64,000 nt of DNA from Octopus vulgaris. Taxonomy: Eukaryota. The translations under genes and the position numbers were made by a program. The notes beneath the pieces are model-generated. The model had not been told where the DNA came from. It saw nothing but the letters and a program-made list of their open reading frames with translations, and made no database searches. Positions 1 to 13,342 of this stretch are shown here, piece after piece. Location: the NCBI GenBank assembly GCA_951406725.2, contig OX597823.1, forward strand, positions 39,308,001 to 39,372,000. The letters run 5' to 3'. Every line of letters starts with the position of its first letter. The first letter of the stretch is position 1.

Positions 1-314
1 TTGTGAAAAAAGAAGCTGCATATTTGTGTGAACGTTCTTGTGTTACCAAAAAATATTTGAAAAATGAGAAACACTGCTGTAGCAAGAATGTCCATGAGGG
101 TTTGCTAAACATGAGTAATTTCTCTGAAAATCCCAGAGATAGAACCAGAAATGTTACACTGTGTTCCTGTTGACAGAATGAAATCAGAATGAAATAGTAA
201 TAAGTCTAATTTCAGACTGATGTAAACTTTAATAAATCATTTTTGTCATCTAAAGCCCTCAGTGTTCTTACTAAATCAGAATTTGAAACTACTAGAGAAT
301 TATGAAACTTTTGA

Positions 315-530
315 CCCTTTAGCATTTAAACCAGCCATATAAAGTCCAAATATTCTACCTGTTTTACGTTCAAACCAGTCAGCTCTGACCTCTCACTACT
401 TTCTATGTTATTGTAAAAATAAACAATCACTTCATCAAAATCTTAAAGCTATGTGATAATGCATGACTAATTCAAAACAATGAAAATAAATGAAAATTAC
501 AATTGATTAAGTAATCTGAATGCTAAAGAA
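315..530. mobile_element. piggyBac-like MITE (degenerate)
   Basis: Ends CCCTTTAGCATTT ... GAATGCTAAAGAA are imperfect inverted repeats, flanked by TTGA/TTAA (TTAA-type target site). Confidence 0.6.
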
Positions 531-822
531 TTAAGGAAGGCAAATTAATCAAAATATATAAAAGATATGAAATGGAAAGCAGTAGCAGTAGAGTTAGTGA
601 AGGCTAAAGTGCACAATTATTATTGTAGAGAGATCACATCATACTACCACACTCTGTCAACCAGGTAATCAGATGTCCTGGTGGTCCCAATGTGTTTCCA
701 TTCTTTTCTTGACTACATCTATCTGTTCCCTTGTATATTGAAGTAATTTGGGATCAAATGAAACAACTCACAACATACATTATGTTATGTTTAGGAATGA
801 AATACATTGTTTTTAGCAAGAA

Positions 823-1225
823 TTGAAGAATGACCTCAGGAAGCTGAACCTTTCTGGTGAGATGACAAAGGACCAAGCTACCTGGTGCCTGGCTGTACTC
901 AAGACCCATATTCCACAGCAAAAGTGTTAAGGCTAATCCTTCTGGTGCTGTAAAGCACTCATGGCATGGTCACATAAAAGCATTATAAAAATGCCCATAC
1001 AGTTCCATAGAAAGTGCCTGTGCAGTGCCATGTAAAAGCATTCATGTGGTGCCATGTAAAAGCACCCAGCAGACTCTGTAAAGTGGTTGGTGTTAGGAAG
1101 AGCACCATGCCAAATCAGACTGGAGTCTAGTGCAGCCCCTCAGCTTGCCAGCTGTAGTCATACTGTCCAACCCATGCCAGCATGGACAAAAGATGCTAAA
1201 TGATGATAAATGATGATCAATGATG
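823..1225 (+). mobile_element. RTE-clade LINE 3' remnant (ORF C-terminus plus 3' tail ending in (GAT)n)
   Basis: 823-930 translates LKNDLRKLNLSGEMTKDQATWCLAVLKT*, resembling the RTE ORF end (DL..L.L...DR..WR). It is followed by repeated CATGTAAAAGCA motifs, GGTTGGTGTTAGGAAG and a (TGA)n tail shared with other copies in the window. Confidence 0.6.
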
Positions 1226-1644
1226 AAATAGGGTTAAATTTGCTACTGATTTCTAGAGAGTTGATAAATATGGTGTATATAGTGAAGGTCAAATCTACTG
1301 AATTATAAGAGAGTGATAGGTTTTGTCCCTCCCTTGTAAATTTGTGACCTTGTGAACATGTAAGAAATCCTCCTTTATATCATCATATTATTATTATGAC
1401 TGTGAATTAGAAGAATCATTAGTGTGTTGAACAAAATGCTTAGCAGCTTTTCTTTTGAATCTTTACGTTTTGAGCTCTGATCTTAACATGGTTGATTTTG
1501 CCTTTCGTTGTTTTTTTTTTTTGGGGGGGGGGGGTCAAGAAAGAAAAAAAGTTAAACATTGGGGGTCGTTGTAACTGACTAACTCCTTTCCAAAACCGCT
1601 GACTTAGTGTCAACATTCTATCATTATCATTATTATTATTAGGG

Positions 1645-1855
1645 TGGTGAGCTGGCAGAATCGTTAGTATGCCAGATGAAATGCTTAGGGGTATTTCACC
1701 CACTGTTATGTTCTGATTTAAATTCTGCCAAGGTTACTTTACTGTTCATCCTTTTGGGGTCGATAAAATAAGTACCAGTTGAACACTGGAGTTGATGTAA
1801 TCAACTCATCCTCTCCCCCAAAATTGCTGCCCTTGTGACAAAATTTGAAACCATT
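1645..1855 (+). mobile_element. SINE family B copy (degenerate)
   Basis: GAGCTGGCAGAATCGTTAG...TTCATCCTTTTGGGGTCGATAAAATAAGTACCAG matches the better-preserved copies at 24300-24530 and 58606-58830. Confidence 0.75.
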
Positions 1856-1894
1856 ATTATTATTATTATTAGTCTTTGTTTCCCCCATTTCCAG

Positions 1895-2043
1895 GTGAAG
1901 CATTCAGTGTAGATACATCCCCAACCAACAGAGTCACAACCCTTATCATGGATGGGGCAAGCTCCCTGGCCAGACTTATATTTGTCAAGTCCTCTCCTCC
2001 ACAGTCCACAACAAGCTTTACCTCACCTTCAATGCCAACCTAA
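1895..2043 (+). CDS. Candidate terminal coding exon of an unidentified gene
   Basis: Strong acceptor TCTTTGTTTCCCCCATTTCCAG. The frame EAFSVDTSPTNRVTTLIMDGASSLARLIFVKSSPPQSTTSFTSPSMPT is open to TAA, the sequence is non-repetitive, and A-rich UTR-like DNA with several AATAAA follows. No homology recognised. Confidence 0.3.
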
Positions 2044-3441
2044 CTGCAGATTTCACTGCAGAAAGAATCATTGGTCTTTGTGTCATACTTGGCTGAGTAA
2101 CTCACAAGTTATTCAGCTTTATCCTGTAAAAAGGTCAGCAACAACAGCTATTCATTTCAACTAAGTCTTTTGTAATGTTTAGGAGTTCCTCTGAAGGAAC
2201 TGGGAGAAACTGTGAGGGAAAAGTGTCAACTAACTATATTAATTAACTGAATGGGGTAGGTGAGAAGTTAACAAAGATTATTTGGTAAAATAACAGCAAG
2301 GGGTTAATTAAAGTTAGTCGTGTGAATATGCTAAATAAATCTAATCAGTGAGATAAATTAGTTTCATAAAACAATAACAAAATAAATACACAAGAAACAA
2401 AACAATGATAAAAAAAATGATGTATTGAATAAATAACAAAAATTACAGAAAAACTAATAATAATAGTTACAAAATAAAAATGACAATAACTAAAAAAAAA
2501 AGGACTCCCCAGATAGGGACCAGATTTAGTAAATTACTGGGAATTACACTGGATCTGTTAAGGATTATCAAAACATACAGTTATCCTTCAAGTCTTTCTC
2601 CTGCTTCTTTTCAACCAAATGGAGAAAAACAGAACCCACCTCAAAAATAAAAAAAAAAAAAGCAGACAACCCACACCACAAAAAAAAAGCTTCTATATTT
2701 TCAGTCTTTTAAAGGTTACAAAAAAAAAAAGAGGAAAATGAATGGAAAAGCAAGTTAAGTGTAAAACTAGGATGTTAAAAAGGTGAAGAGAAAAAGAGAA
2801 AAAGGAATACAAGAACAATAACATCAGAACCATCATGTTATCATGGTCATCTTTAAAACTCATAAATTACAAACACACAAACACTTGCATGCACACATAC
2901 AAAGACATATACATACACTCATAAACACACATAAAGATTGCAGTCTGTTCTTGTGGGAAGAAAATGAAACGTTTAATTAATAAAAAATAATAATAAATGA
3001 AAAAAAAAAAGAGAATCAATTGATAAAAACTCATAAAAAGAAGAAAATAAAATTGGATGAATTAATTAGTAGGAAATAAAAAAATAAAACCTAATTAAAG
3101 ATGATTTTGTGACTTTGTTTGTATAACTACGCTATTTGGGTTTTTCTTACTTTTGTGTATAGTCATAAGTCTGTATGAAATGCAACATGTGCTTTTACTT
3201 AAGTGTGTGTGTGCATTATATATATATACATATATAATCTCTGTAGAAAGAACATACATGCTTGCTCATTCATATATATATATATATATATAATGACTAT
3301 AAAGATATATACATTTACTGAAATATATCACATATATATATGTGTGTATATGTGTGTGATTACATATATCATATAACATATAAGAATATATGCACACATA
3401 TATATATATATAAACTATATATGTATTATATTCTGTATTTT

Positions 3442-3574
<133 letters not shown>

Positions 3575-3576
3575 TA

Positions 3577-3609
<33 letters not shown>

Positions 3610-4069
3610 GCACATACACGTTTTAAGTTCCCTGCGTAAAAATGTCCAAGCTGTTTTTGTTTGATAGACTGAGAGACTTTCCTCTTACTTGGAAGCAAGT
3701 GGTATTTGATGACAAGAAGGACTGGCTGTCAAAAACCCAGTCCAAATGTACTCTTCCCTGATCTATGCACCGATGCAAGTTTGGAAAAACAGACTTTAAA
3801 ATGATAATCTCTCATACACACACACACTCGTATGAGAAATAGAACTGATACAGGAAAGAATGTGATGCTCTGTGACATTAGCTAACCCCATGACCATGAT
3901 GTGACTAAGTGATGAGTAAATATTCTTGATGATAAGCAATAACTTAAACCTTTACATTCATTAAAAATTTTAAACCAAGCATTGCTATGTTCAGTGAGTC
4001 TTCTCACTAACAATATATCAGTGTTGGCACGAACTTAACAATTGACCTTCATCGTGTTTCAGAGTGATT

Positions 4070-4457
4070 TACTCTCTTTTACTATTTTACTTGTTTCAGT
4101 CATTTGACTGCGGCCATGCTGGAGCACCGCCTTTTGTCGAGCAACTCGACCTCCGGGACTTATTCTTTGTAAGCCCAGTACTTATTCTATCGGTCTCTTT
4201 TGCCAAACCGCTAAATAACGGGGCCATAAACACACCAGCATTGGTTGTCAAGCGATGTTGGATGGGACAGACACAGACACACAAACACACACACACACAC
4301 ATACATATATATACAAATATACGACGGGCTTCTTTTCAGTTTGGTCGGCCCGAGGCTATAGTAGAAGACACCTACCCAAGGTGCCACACAGTGGGACTGA
4401 ACCCGGAACCATGTGGTTCGTAAGCAAGCTACTTACCACACAGCCACTCCTGCACCT
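4070..4457 (-). mobile_element. tRNA-derived SINE family A (Meta-domain-like core)
   Basis: The minus strand starts with a tRNA-like head GGAGTGGCTGTGTGGTAAG...GGTTCAGTCCC (A/B boxes), then CCTTGGGTAGGTGTCTTCTACTATAGCCTCGGGCCGACCAAA, an internal (TG)/(TA) tract and an AAAAGAGT-type tail. It is near-identical to other copies in the window. Confidence 0.85.
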
Positions 4458-5479
4458 GGTGATTTATTTGAAAAAAAGCCAATATTTTATGTTTATTCCA
4501 CATTCTAGTTAGTGATTCTCTCAACGCTACTTCAGTAAAATGTATTGAAGAAAGACTATGAAAAAAGGGACCAGAACAAGACCGGGTTCTTGCTGTAGAG
4601 CAACTACATAACTACTCCCATTAGAGAAAATTGGATGGTAGTGAATAGGGTGGAGCTAGAAAGAAACAAAATAATGGTGAGAGGTATTAGGGTGGAGCCT
4701 ATAGGTACAAGGTGAGTAGAAGTAAATGGGGACAGAAGAACAGAAAGTGTTGGTGGGAAGAGGTTGCAATGTGTGGGAGAGTGAGTGATTGTTCAAGATA
4801 GGGTGAGAGGGTGAATATTGAACATGTTGCCGGTAAGTATTGAAGGCAAGGAAGAGTAGGTGACAACTGTAAAACACACATCCTTTCTACATCTAGTTTT
4901 ATAAGACCTGTGTATCAAACACATGCTGACCATAACCATAACCACCTTTTTAGAGGAATTTATGACCACATTAGATAATGCATCCTTTTTTTTTTCTAAA
5001 AGAGAGTATGTGATTTTAGGGAGGATTGGCTTCTATTTCTAGCAAGTTGATTGATCTATGTGGGTTCCCTCATTGTCTCTGCCAGCATTGGCTGAAATGG
5101 GAATATAGTGCTAGACATTAAATGTTCTGTCAGATTCAAGGTGCATAAAATATCAAAGAACAGAGGTATATACAAACAGGTGTCAAATGTAATCAATAAC
5201 ACACTCACACACGTATTATATTGCTTAAACTTTCACCTATCACAGTCATCAAAAACAACTTATGTAACACCTGCAATGTAATTTGCATCTATGATTAGGG
5301 ACGCTAATGATATTTTAAAAAGTATATTTCTTTTACTGTATATTTTAAAGTTGTTAAGGAGCAAAACACTTGGGGGTTTTCTTTAGCTTATTTGTAGAGT
5401 TTCTTACTGAGGAGGAACTTAATGCAGACATGTCCAAAAATATACACATAGACACAAGGAAACACACCCTACATTTTAT

Positions 5480-6020
5480 ATATTATATATATATATATAT
5501 ACATATATAGAAACATACATATATACATATATATACATACATACATATACATACATATATGCATACACACACATATACATACATACATATATATATACAT
5601 ACATAATACACATACATATATACATACATACACACACATAATACACATACATATATACATACACACACACACATATATATATATCTCCAAGCACACACAC
5701 ACGTATCCAAGCACACACACACACACATATCCAAGCACACACACACACACACACATCCAAGCACACACACACACACACACATACACACACACACACATAT
5801 ATATATACATATATATATATGTGTACATACACACACACACATGCATGCATTAATATATGCATACATAAACATATATAGCATATATGTAGATATATACATA
5901 TATATATGCATATACACGCACATGTATACTTACATTTTGACATTTGTATACATATAGATAATTGAAATAAAAATCTTTATAGAAATACACGCGTGTGCGC
6001 ACACACACACACACACACAC
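5480..6020. repeat. Compound (TA)/(TACA)/(CA) microsatellite
   Basis: Direct reading; it explains the stacked YIYI/CVCV ORFs. Confidence 0.95.
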
Positions 6021-6549
6021 AAAGTTCTATGAAATAAGGTCTTAATATTTATTCCCTCAGCACCTTTCCCTTGTCTTTGTCTTTTAAAAAAACCTTTCAC
6101 CTCCTCTCTCCACCCATGGCTGTCACACAGAGACAGAAAGGGAGTGGATGTGCTGTTGGTATGTCTGGGTGGTTCTTGTGAGAAATGGAATTCACCCCTG
6201 ACAGAGAGAAAAAGATTAAGTGCAAAACTTATTTGGATAATCCAGTATAAATAATGGAATGACCCTCCCTTACACATATATGTGTGTTTGCACGCACACA
6301 TATATGAAGATAAGAAAAAAAGTAAAATGGGGAGAGCAAAATAAGAGAAATGTTACAAAAGGAAAACAAATTTGACCTGGTCTTCATTAAATTTTCTTCT
6401 TTCTGTTGCTCAGCAGAGTGAGAAAGGGGGTGATGTTGACAAAGAAAGGGATATGTATGTGTTTATATATATGCGTGTATGTATAAAGATATGTAGATAA
6501 TGTATATGCACATATATACATGTTTGCTTTCATGTGAAGTTATATATCT

Positions 6550-7020
6550 TTTATCATTTACTTGTTTCAGGCATTAGACTACAGCCATGCTGGGGCATCG
6601 CCTTGTAAAAATTTAGTTGAACTTATCAACACCAGTACTTTTTCTATTGGTCTCTTTTGCTGAACTGCTAAGTTTCAGGGACATAAGCACATGAATACCA
6701 GCTGTAAAGCAGTGGTGGTAGAACAAACATGGACATAGAAATATGCACACACAATTACTTTGCCTTTTATTCTTTCGGGGTCGATAAATTAAGTACTAGT
6801 ACTGGTGTTGATTTAATCGAACAAAATTCCAGGCCTTGTGCCTAGAGTAGAAAAGAATATGCAATGGGCTTATTTCAATTTCTGTCAACCATATCCACTC
6901 ATAAGGCCTTGTTTGGCTATAGTAGAAGACACTTGTGCAAGGTGTCACACAGTGGGCCTCAAACTAGACCTATGTGGTTGGGAAGCAAATTTCATACCAC
7001 ACAGCCATGCTTGCACCTGT
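6550..7020 (-). mobile_element. Old SINE family A copy with a family B fragment inserted at about 6757-6858
   Basis: Diverged match to the family A tail and head, interrupted by CTTTGCCTTTTATTCTTTCGGGGTCGATAAATTAAGTAC. Confidence 0.7.
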
Positions 7021-7247
7021 ATAAAAAAATAATTTAACATTAAGTTGAAGGATTACCTCAACACTTTATAGTGGAGTATATATACATATGAAATTTTTAC
7101 AAGGAAAGAGTCGATAGCGACTTTGAAGTTTTGGCTTCTTCACCTATAAATATGTGTGTGTGTGTGCATGCGCGCACATATATATATATATATATATACA
7201 TATAATAGAAAATGTAAAAACAGTATTTCTTTCTCTCACATCTATAT

Positions 7248-7249
7248 AT

Positions 7250-7301
<52 letters not shown>

Positions 7302-7425
7302 GGAGAGAGAGAGAAAGGGAGAGAGAGAGAGAAAGAGAGAGAGAGAAAGAGAAAAAGAGAGAGAGAGAGAAAGCGAGAGAGAGAGAGAAAGGGAGAGAAA
7401 GAGAGAGAGAGAGACAGAGAGACAG

Positions 7426-7458
<33 letters not shown>

Positions 7459-7460
7459 AA
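7248..7460. repeat. (GA)n purine microsatellite
   Basis: Direct reading. Confidence 0.95.
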
Positions 7461-8358
7461 TGTCTTTCTGTTAAAAATATTTTCTACTTTTGTTACTTTT
7501 ATCTCAGAAAATGTAAAATATATAAAAAAAAAATACAAAACAAGCTAAAAAATATGTCCTTTCTTAAAACTAAACAGTAAAACTGTTTTACTTTCTCTAC
7601 GTAATAAATAACCACAAAAACACTGACAAAAAGCAGAAAAGAAAAGAAGTAAACTATACTGCCTCCCACCAAACCTTGAAGCTTTATATTTTTCTTTCCT
7701 TTTGCATACATACATACACATATATATACCTGTAGTGAATAGATTATAAAGAAGCGAAGATCACCTGAATTACATTAATACACATGAGAAAACTTGTTTT
7801 TTTTTCACTAGTTGTTGTTGGTGGTGGTGGTTGTTGTTTTGGGGGTTGTATTAATGTGAAATCCGATAAAAAAACAAATAAAATAAAAAAATAAAATAAA
7901 ATGTGCTATTTTTCACATTATGCTGCTTAACATAGTTTTATTTAAAAAAAAGCCCCCAAAAAACTGTTGCTTCTTTAAACCTGCAGATTTCCAGCATTGA
8001 CTTCTACAGATCATACATACATACATTATATATATACACACGCACACACACACCCATAATCACTGACATACAGACACACATACATACCTACACACACACA
8101 CACACATATATATATATATTCCTCCCCACCACTACAAACTCAAAAACACTATAAAATGGTCAAAACTTTTCACACAGGAACTTAGTTTGATTTGAAAACC
8201 CCACTAGAATGGGAGAAAGCGCTAATACATGATCTAAGTTATATGATGTATAAAAACATGTAATATACAAATAAATATCTGTAAATATAAAACCATTCGG
8301 ATTTCTGAGTACCTCATTTCTTCTAATATAAAATACCTGTACATCATCTCCAAACCTT

Positions 8359-8406
<48 letters not shown>

Positions 8407-8415
8407 GTGTGTGTG

Positions 8416-8651
8416 TAGAGGTTTGGTCAAAAGTCACCTGACAGTAAATCAAAACCATTTAATTCTAAGATTTATTTATATTTAACAACTGAATGAATAT
8501 AATAAAAGCATCTAAATATGGAAAATCATGAAAATTGTTCAAACTGAAGTCTTTTTTGAGTGACACATTTTTCCATTTGAGTCAATACAAAATTACAGAC
8601 AGCATTTATAGAATTTTTGATTTACTGTCAGGTGACTTTTGGCCACCCCTG
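8416..8651. mobile_element. Tc1/mariner-type MITE
   Basis: ~35-bp TIRs GGTTTGGTCAAAAGTCACCTGACAGTAAATCAAAA / TTTTGATTTACTGTCAGGTGACTTTTGGCCACCCCTG, followed by TA on the right. Confidence 0.85.
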
Positions 8652-8663
8652 TATATATGTGTG

Positions 8664-8733
<70 letters not shown>

Positions 8734-8790
8734 ATCACATGTGAATCGTTGGCAATTTTTTTTCCTCCGTCTTCTTTTGGACTTTCCTTT

Positions 8791-8825
8791 GTTTCTGAAG
8801 AAGAACTTTGCTTGAAACGTAAAAC
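8791..8825 (+). ncRNA. Minimal type-I hammerhead-like motif in a short Penelope-like/retrozyme-like element (about 8735-8940)
   Basis: GTTT-CTGAAGA-A-GAAC TTT GCTT-GAAAC-GTA-AAAC: canonical CUGANGA and GAAA, stem I GTTT/AAAC, palindromic ACGT stem III; stem II is decayed. Confidence 0.55.
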
Positions 8826-9016
8826 CACCTTTCTTTCCTTCCCTGAGTGTCTGCTAATACATTACACTACATGTACCATGTCCTCGTGTTGTTTTTTTGT
8901 GTGTTTGTTCTTCGGTTTTTTTGGGGGGGATTTACTATACATATATATAGTCAGTGGTTGATATATCCAAATAAGAATCACACTCAATAAAGCATTAGAG
9001 TAGTACTATATTTTTT

Positions 9017-9180
9017 TTAGGAAATTAAAAGTTATAGCTGTTCATAGAGTGATCATTGGTCCACACCTATAATAGGCAACTCCGGCCATTTGAGTCTGAC
9101 AACTCACCTATACTGCTAAGTGCTTTATAGGTGCAAAACCAATGATCACTGAATGACCGGCCATAACTTTTAACTTCCTG

Positions 9181-9182
<2 letters not shown>
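9017..9182. repeat. Inverted-repeat element next to (TA)n
   Basis: Arms AGGAAATTAAAAGTTATAGCTG...GTGATCATTGGT...CACCTATAA and TTATAGGTG...ACCAATGATCAC...CCATAACTTTTAACTTCCT. A related sequence lies at 43585-43680. Confidence 0.7.
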
Positions 9183-9221
<39 letters not shown>

Positions 9222-9284
9222 TGGACAGATGAAAGTAAAAAGCTCTACACATACACACAGACATATACACATATACTCTCTCTC

Positions 9285-9501
9285 TCTTTTACTCTTTTAC
9301 TTGTTTCAGTCAGTTGACTGCGGCCATGCTGGAGCACCACCATTAGTCGAGCAACTCGACCCCGGGACTTATTCTTTGTAAGCCCAGTACTTATTCTATC
9401 GGTCTCTTTTGCCGAACCGCTAAGTGACGGAGACATAAACACACCAGCATCGGTTGTCAAGCAGTGCTAGGGGAACAAACACAGACACACAAACATACAC
9501 G

Positions 9502-9550
<49 letters not shown>

Positions 9551-9713
9551 GACGGGCTTCTTTCAGCTTCCGTCTACCAAATCCATTCACAAGGCTTTGG
9601 TCGGCCCGAGGCTATAGTAGAAGACACTCGCCCAAGGTGCCACGCAGTGGGACTGAACCCGGAACCACGTGGTTGGTAAGCAAGCTACTTACCACACAGC
9701 CACTCCTGCGCCT
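9285..9713 (-). mobile_element. SINE family A, full-length young copy
   Basis: Complete head AGGCGCAGGAGTGGCTGTGTGGTAAG, core GTGTCTTCTACTATAGCCTCGGGCCGACCAAAGCCTTGTGAATGGATTTGGTAGACGGAAGCTGAAAGAAGCCCGTC, microsatellite spacer and tail. Confidence 0.9.
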
Positions 9714-10311
9714 ATATACATATAGCGCCTATATACATATAGCTTTTGTAATTTTTTTTGTCCCATTGTATTATGTTGGTCTCATTTAACAATAAAGGAT
9801 ATTCATACAGAAGGCATCCCTGGGAAATTATTTTATGTCAATATATATATAATGTTAATATTATGATAAGCATATGCTAATATATGTAGTGCACAGTTTG
9901 ATGCATTTCTGAGTATTTGCAACTCAATAAATACACAAAACAAGAAACTATTAAATACTATCATACTTCTTTTTTTTTTTCCTGTCATATTAGGTTAGTG
10001 GAATGAATAGGTTGATTATCAATTAGATAATATTTTGCTTTTCTTGATATCTTTTACTTGTTTCAGTCATTAGACTACGACCATGCTGTGGCACTGCCTT
10101 GAAGAATTTTGGTTGAATGAATTGACGCTAGTACTTTTATTTTTATTTTAAGCCTGGTACTTATTCTATTGGACTCTTTTGCTGAACTGCTATGTTATGG
10201 GGACATAAATGCATCAACACCGGTTGTCAAGTGGTAGTGGGGGACATGTTGATTCGCTAGCCTCTGCACACATTTTTTTCTCTCCTTCTTTCTGTGTTTC
10301 TTCTCTGTGTA

Positions 10312-10349
10312 TCTTTCTGTTGAAGAGCGTAGGCTCGAAACGTTAAAGA
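10312..10349 (+). ncRNA. Minimal hammerhead-like motif in a short element (about 10247-10480)
   Basis: TCTTT-CTGTTGA-A-GAGC GTAG GCTC-GAAAC-GTT-AAAGA: stem I 5 bp, stem II 4 bp, palindromic stem III; the core carries A6>U. Confidence 0.6.
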
Positions 10350-11754
10350 CTTGTTTTATTTATATTTCCTGAGCGCCATACTAATACAATTGTTTGTTTG
10401 TATTCCACCTGCCTTCGTCTTTTGTTTATTTCCGTAAACCTGCCTTTGTCTTTTGTCTATTTTCATAAAGCTTCCCGTTATATATATATATACATATATC
10501 TTTCTTGTTGCTTATTTTGATTATAATCACCCCACAAATTTTTATGGATAACACCATACAAAATTCTGGTGCATCTAAATTAAGTACCATATTCATTTGA
10601 ATCTATATATATATCTATAAGATTGCTTTAAGAAACATGAAGTATTTGATAAATATGCCTGTTCAAGTATCATAACAGCATGAAACTATTAGTAACTCTT
10701 TTGGTTGTGTATTTAAATTGATATTTGCCTCTCACTGGACGGAGTACATTTTTCTGTTGATTCTACCTCTATTGGATCTTTAAACTATATACATACATAC
10801 ATATATATATATATGTGTGTATGTGCGTGTGTGTGTTTAAAACAAAGTTATTTTATTCTGCACATGTAGAAATATAAGGAAAATAAAAGTTGAAAATGCA
10901 CTGAGAATAGTTGAAATATTTTTTATTATTATATTTGAAGCTTTAACCGATTTCACAGTTTACACTAATTTTCAAAAGGTTGAAATAGAGAGATGTGGTT
11001 TATGTTGCATCTGTCTTGCTTCTGACTGGTGTTAGAAGCTTGCCCTATTTTAATAGGGAGTTCAAGGCTGAAATTAGTATAAGTTTCAAATAGGATTTGA
11101 TTGGTTGAGGATAGTCACATGACTGGTTTTAAAAATTTTTGGAGATTCCCTGCTGTCTGTGTGTTAGTGTCAAGTGACAATGTTTGACATTGTAAGAAGC
11201 TAAGGCTGACACAGTTGACTGAACATGTCCAAACAATTTATGCTCTGAATGCATTCTGTCAAGTGTTTGTAGAGAATGAACACATGATTAAGTTTAGAAC
11301 CTTTGTATGATTCCTGCTACATCCATGCATTAGTGTCATGTGACAGTATATTTTGCATCTAAAATGAAAGCCAACATGGTTGAGTGAACATGTTTAGTTG
11401 CAATCAAAGCTCTTCAAATTTAATCTGTCTGGTGGAAGAGTGGACAGGAGTCATTTGTATGTAGTCCAGTGGCTAAAGTTTAGGTTGTTAGCTGTGTAGC
11501 TTTCTCATGATAAGTGGCAGAATGAGTTTTGTGAGTGAATAGTTAGTTGTGTATGTACTCTGTAAGTCTTGGTTTGTATTTTTGTATGAAAGTATGTTTT
11601 AGTTTATCCATGCTGTGGTATTCTATGGTATTCACTGAACACAGGTAGAGTGGGAAAGCCTGGAATTTGAGGGACTTATTTTTTACACATATGTCTATGT
11701 GTCCACTCAGTGGAATCTGTCTAGTACTGGGGTCTCATATTTGTTGTTGGTGAG

Positions 11755-12560
11755 ACCATAGCCCATGGCCTATGCCAGTGGGTATAATCAGTCCATTTAT
11801 GAATACCCCTCATTCATTGGACAATAAACCTTGTTTATGAAGACCTATTGAGGCAAGTGAAATCAAAATCAAAACTGCTGACATGGCCAACGACAGTACT
11901 GCCTGATTGGCACTCATGCCAGTGGAACATTAAAAGCATATCTAAGTGTGGGGTGTAACCAGCCCACTTATGAGTACCCATCATTCATTGGATAATGAAC
12001 TTTTCTTGCAAAGACCTATTGAGGCAAGTGTAAACAAATCAAAATTGCTGACGTGACCAATGACAGTACCACCTTATTGGCACTTGTGCCAGTGGAACGT
12101 TAAAAGAAGCATATCCAAGCGTGATTGTTGCCAGGGCTATAGATTGGCTCCCATGCCGGTGACATGTTAAAAGCACTATTCGAGCATGATTGTTGCCGGC
12201 ATTGCCGTACCAGCACATGTGCCAGAGATATGTGAAAAACAACATTCAAGCGTGGTCGTTGCCAGCACCGCTGGACTGATTCCCGACTCCCGTGCAGGTG
12301 TAGCACATAAAAACACCTTTTGTGTGTGGTCCTTGCCAGAACCACTTGACTAGCTCTCGTGCCAGTGGCATGTAAAAGGCACCCACTACACTCTTGGAGT
12401 GGTTGGTGTTAGGAAGGGCATCCAGCTGTAGAAACGTTGCCAGATCAGATTGAGCCAGGTGCAGCCTCTGGCTCCCCAGTCCTCAGTCAAACTGTCCAAC
12501 TCATGCCAGCATGGAAAGCGGACATTAAATTATGATGATGGTGATGATGATGATGATGAT
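11755..12560 (+). mobile_element. RTE-tail family element with internal tandem repeats
   Basis: Two ~172-bp units (about 11790-11950 and 11960-12125), multiple GCCRGTGGMAYGTTAAAAGCA motifs, then GGTTGGTGTTAGGAAGGGCATCCAGCTGTAGAAAC and a (GAT)n tail. Confidence 0.75.
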
Positions 12561-12994
12561 ATATATATATATATATATATAATGCAACCCATTGCCCAGT
12601 CCATGAATCAAAACTACAATCTTATGGTTATGAGTCCAACACTAAACAATGCAAATCCACACAATCTGATCTGGCCTGGTTTCTATGGTTGGATGTCCTT
12701 TCTAATGCCAACCACTTCACATAGGCTCCTACAGACTAATCCCTTTCAGTAGGGAGGAGCAGCATTAACTCTTCTACTGTGGAGAATAGGTCATCACTAA
12801 AAAGATTGGGTTGAATGATTATGTCTGGAATGCTTTAAATCATGGTTCTGCTTGATTGACTGACCTAAGGCAAAGCAACAACAACAATAAGAGTCAAATC
12901 AATGAGAGTTTGTTATAGCAGCACCAGGCTTTTGCTAAAAGTAGAAACATTTATGTAAAATTTAAGCAAACTAAAAGTGGGGTCAGGTTGGATG

Positions 12995-13294
12995 AAAGAG
13001 AGAGAGAGAGAGGGGGAGAGAGAGAAAGAGAGAGTGAGGGAGAGAGGGGAGAGAGAGAGGGAGAGAGAGAAAGAGAGAGGATAGAGAGAGAAGGAGAAGC
13101 GAGGAGAGGGAAAAGAGATAGAAAGAGAAAAGGTGAGACAGTGTGAGACTGAGAGGTAAAGAAAGTGTGAGAGAGAGAGAGAGACAAAGAGCAAAAGAGA
13201 GGGGAAAAGTGTATGAGATGGAGGGGTAAAGAGAGGGAAGGAGAAAGAGAAAAGGGAGAGAGAAAGAGACGAGGGAGAGGGAGGTGAAGTGAGT

Positions 13295-13342
<48 letters not shown>
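12995..13342. repeat. GA-rich purine tract
   Basis: Direct reading. Confidence 0.9.

Noticed and set aside
10736-10760. miR-184-like TGGACGGAG
   Set aside because: Only 9 nt match and there is no hairpin.
12380-12435. Twister ribozyme, which precedes GGAAGGGCATCC in some RTE elements
   Set aside because: The GGTCCCAAGCCC twister core is not present upstream in any copy here.
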